A DNA stretch of 63,998 nt, counting the filler, from Collodictyon triciliatum (taxonomy: Eukaryota): NCBI GenBank assembly GCA_043381765.1. It is 4 parts of 4 records of this genome, joined end to end, with 100 filler letters (N's around TTAATTAATTAA, not from the genome) between each part and the next. Parts side by side here need not be neighbours in the genome. Positions count along the whole stretch, not along the records: positions 62,389 to 63,998 come from JBHJMP010000999.1; 3 more parts are not named here. The stretch is one strand, 5' to 3'. This document shows, piece after piece, positions 62,500 through 63,998 of the stretch; position 1 is the first letter of the stretch; each line of letters starts with the position of its first letter. The notes under the pieces were generated by a model. It saw only the letters and a list, made by a program, of their open reading frames with translations. It made no database searches and was not told where the DNA came from. The position numbers and the translations under genes are program-made.

Positions 62500-63643
62500 A
62501 ATAAAAGAAGCTTGAAATTTGTAATACGTTGTTGTAGATGAAGGCTAGGTGCAATTGTAATCATATACACTTCAAAATTACAATTGCTTGCAAAATATTT
62601 CTCGAATAGATAATTACGATATTGAATGAACGAGCGGGAAGAATTCCTTGGTCAACAGACCGCTCAATCCCTTCCAGCGTAGCACGAATAAGCTCAAAAT
62701 TTTTACTTGCCTTCATGATATCCCTTGAATAAACAACACAAATTATGATTATCAACGATTGTTAATATGCTATCTTCTATGAGCTGTCGATATTGCTTGC
62801 AAGAAACACCGCACAAATATCCTTATATATTTACCCGCTGACTTTGACCCACTGATTGCGAAGTGCTTCTTCACTTAATGGTGCGGCGGTGTTTGGTCCT
62901 TGTCCAAATCCAAATCCTGCCTGGGCTTGAGTCTGAGGTTGAGTGCCCCCAAAGTTGAATCCTCCGGCAGCTTGGGTTTGAGGTTGAGTGCCTCCAAAGT
63001 TGAATCCTCCCGCGGCTTGAGTCTGAGGTTGAGTGCCCCCAAAGTTGAATCCTCCGGCAGCTTGGGTTTGAGGTTGAGTGCCTCCAAAGTTGAATCCTCC
63101 CGCAGCCTGAGTCTGAGGTTGAGTGCCTCCAAAGTTGAATCCTCCGGTAGCTTGAGTTTGAGGTTGAGTGCCTCCAAAGTTGAATCCTGCCTGGGCTTGA
63201 GTCTGAGGTTGAGTGCCCCCAAAGTTGAATCCTCCGGCAGCTTGAGTCTGAGGTTGAGTGCCTCCAAAGTTAAATCCTCCGGCAGCCTGAGTTTGAGGTT
63301 GAGTGCCTCCAAAGTTGAATCCTCCCGCAGCCTGAGTTTGAGGCTGAGTGCCTCCAAAGTTGAATCCTCCGGCAGCCTGAGTTTGAGGTTGAGTGCCTCC
63401 AAAGTTGAATCCTCCGGCGGCCTGAGTTTGAGGTTGAGTGCCTCCAAAGCTGAATCCTCCAGCAGCCTGAGTTTGAGGTTGAGTGCCTCCAAAGTTAAAT
63501 CCTCCGGCAGCCTGAGTTTGAGGTTGAGTGCCTCCAAAGCTGAATCCTCCGGCAGCCTGAGTTTGAGGTTGAGCGCCTCCAAAGCTGAATCCTGCACCAA
63601 AGCCCCCCGTCGTGTTGGATTGATTTCCTTTCTTCTGGTTCAT
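62500..63643 (-). CDS. FxFG-repeat nucleoporin-like gene (partial; exact Nup identity unclear)
   Basis: 15 copies of GGTQPQTQAAGGF(N/S)F in an exon preceded by a ...TTTCAG acceptor. It splices in frame to a helical exon GDIMKASKNFELIRATLEGIERSVDQG. Confidence 0.7.
62903..63580 (-). repeat. Coding minisatellite, 15 x 45 bp
   Basis: Unit on the + strand GAGTGCCTCCAAAGTTGAATCCTCCGGCAGCCTGAGTTTGAGGTT, near-identical between copies. Confidence 0.95.
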
Positions 63644-63853
63644 CTGAAATGAATGGGAGCTGTTCTAATGTTTATTTATTCATTTATTTATGATTATTAT
63701 TACTACTATAAGTATATTATATTAAGCTATATTATTTTGTCATGGTCAGACCACGAGTTTTCTGAGTGAATGAAAGCATAAACCAATGAATAGTTAATAA
63801 GCGCTTATTTATTTATTAGTGGTATTATTTGATATTATATTTATCTAACTATA

Positions 63854-63929
<76 letters not shown>

Positions 63930-63998
63930 GTGTGAGTTGAGGTTGGAGATCGCTTCGTTGGTACGCCTGGTGCATAATTGCAACTCTTTAGAAGAGTA

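Noticed and set aside
62875-63652. Overlapping 241-aa and 250-aa ORFs in other frames of the FG exon
   Set aside because: Open only because the 45-bp unit has no stop in those frames; the FG frame has the splice sites and the synonymous-type variation.

Overview
AT-rich, intron-dense eukaryotic DNA using the standard genetic code, probably from a flagellated protist since it carries a CFAP92-like gene. The window joins at least four unrelated contigs through artificial 100-bp spacers (N44-TTAATTAATTAA-N44), so gene adjacency across them is meaningless. Genes reconstructed by hand, in order: (1) a minus-strand protein with RI-like LRRs fused to eight doublecortin/KHA-like repeats, each split by a phase-0 intron at the same position; (2) a class I cyclic-nucleotide phosphodiesterase with an N-terminal degenerate (pseudo-)receiver domain and Ser in place of the 'invariant' Gln; (3) an FG-GAP-ectodomain 7TM receptor-like protein; (4) a GH20 hexosaminidase D-like enzyme; (5) CFAP92/FAP92; (6) the 3' part of midasin (AAA4 to MIDAS); (7) an intron-containing bacterial-type ChrR double-cupin gene; (8) an intronless pseudokinase-SAM-Sel1 protein; (9) an FxFG nucleoporin-like exon built from a 45-bp minisatellite. 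Most short ORFs in the track are exon fragments or microsatellite artefacts. All gene models and domain calls are by eye; no searches were run.
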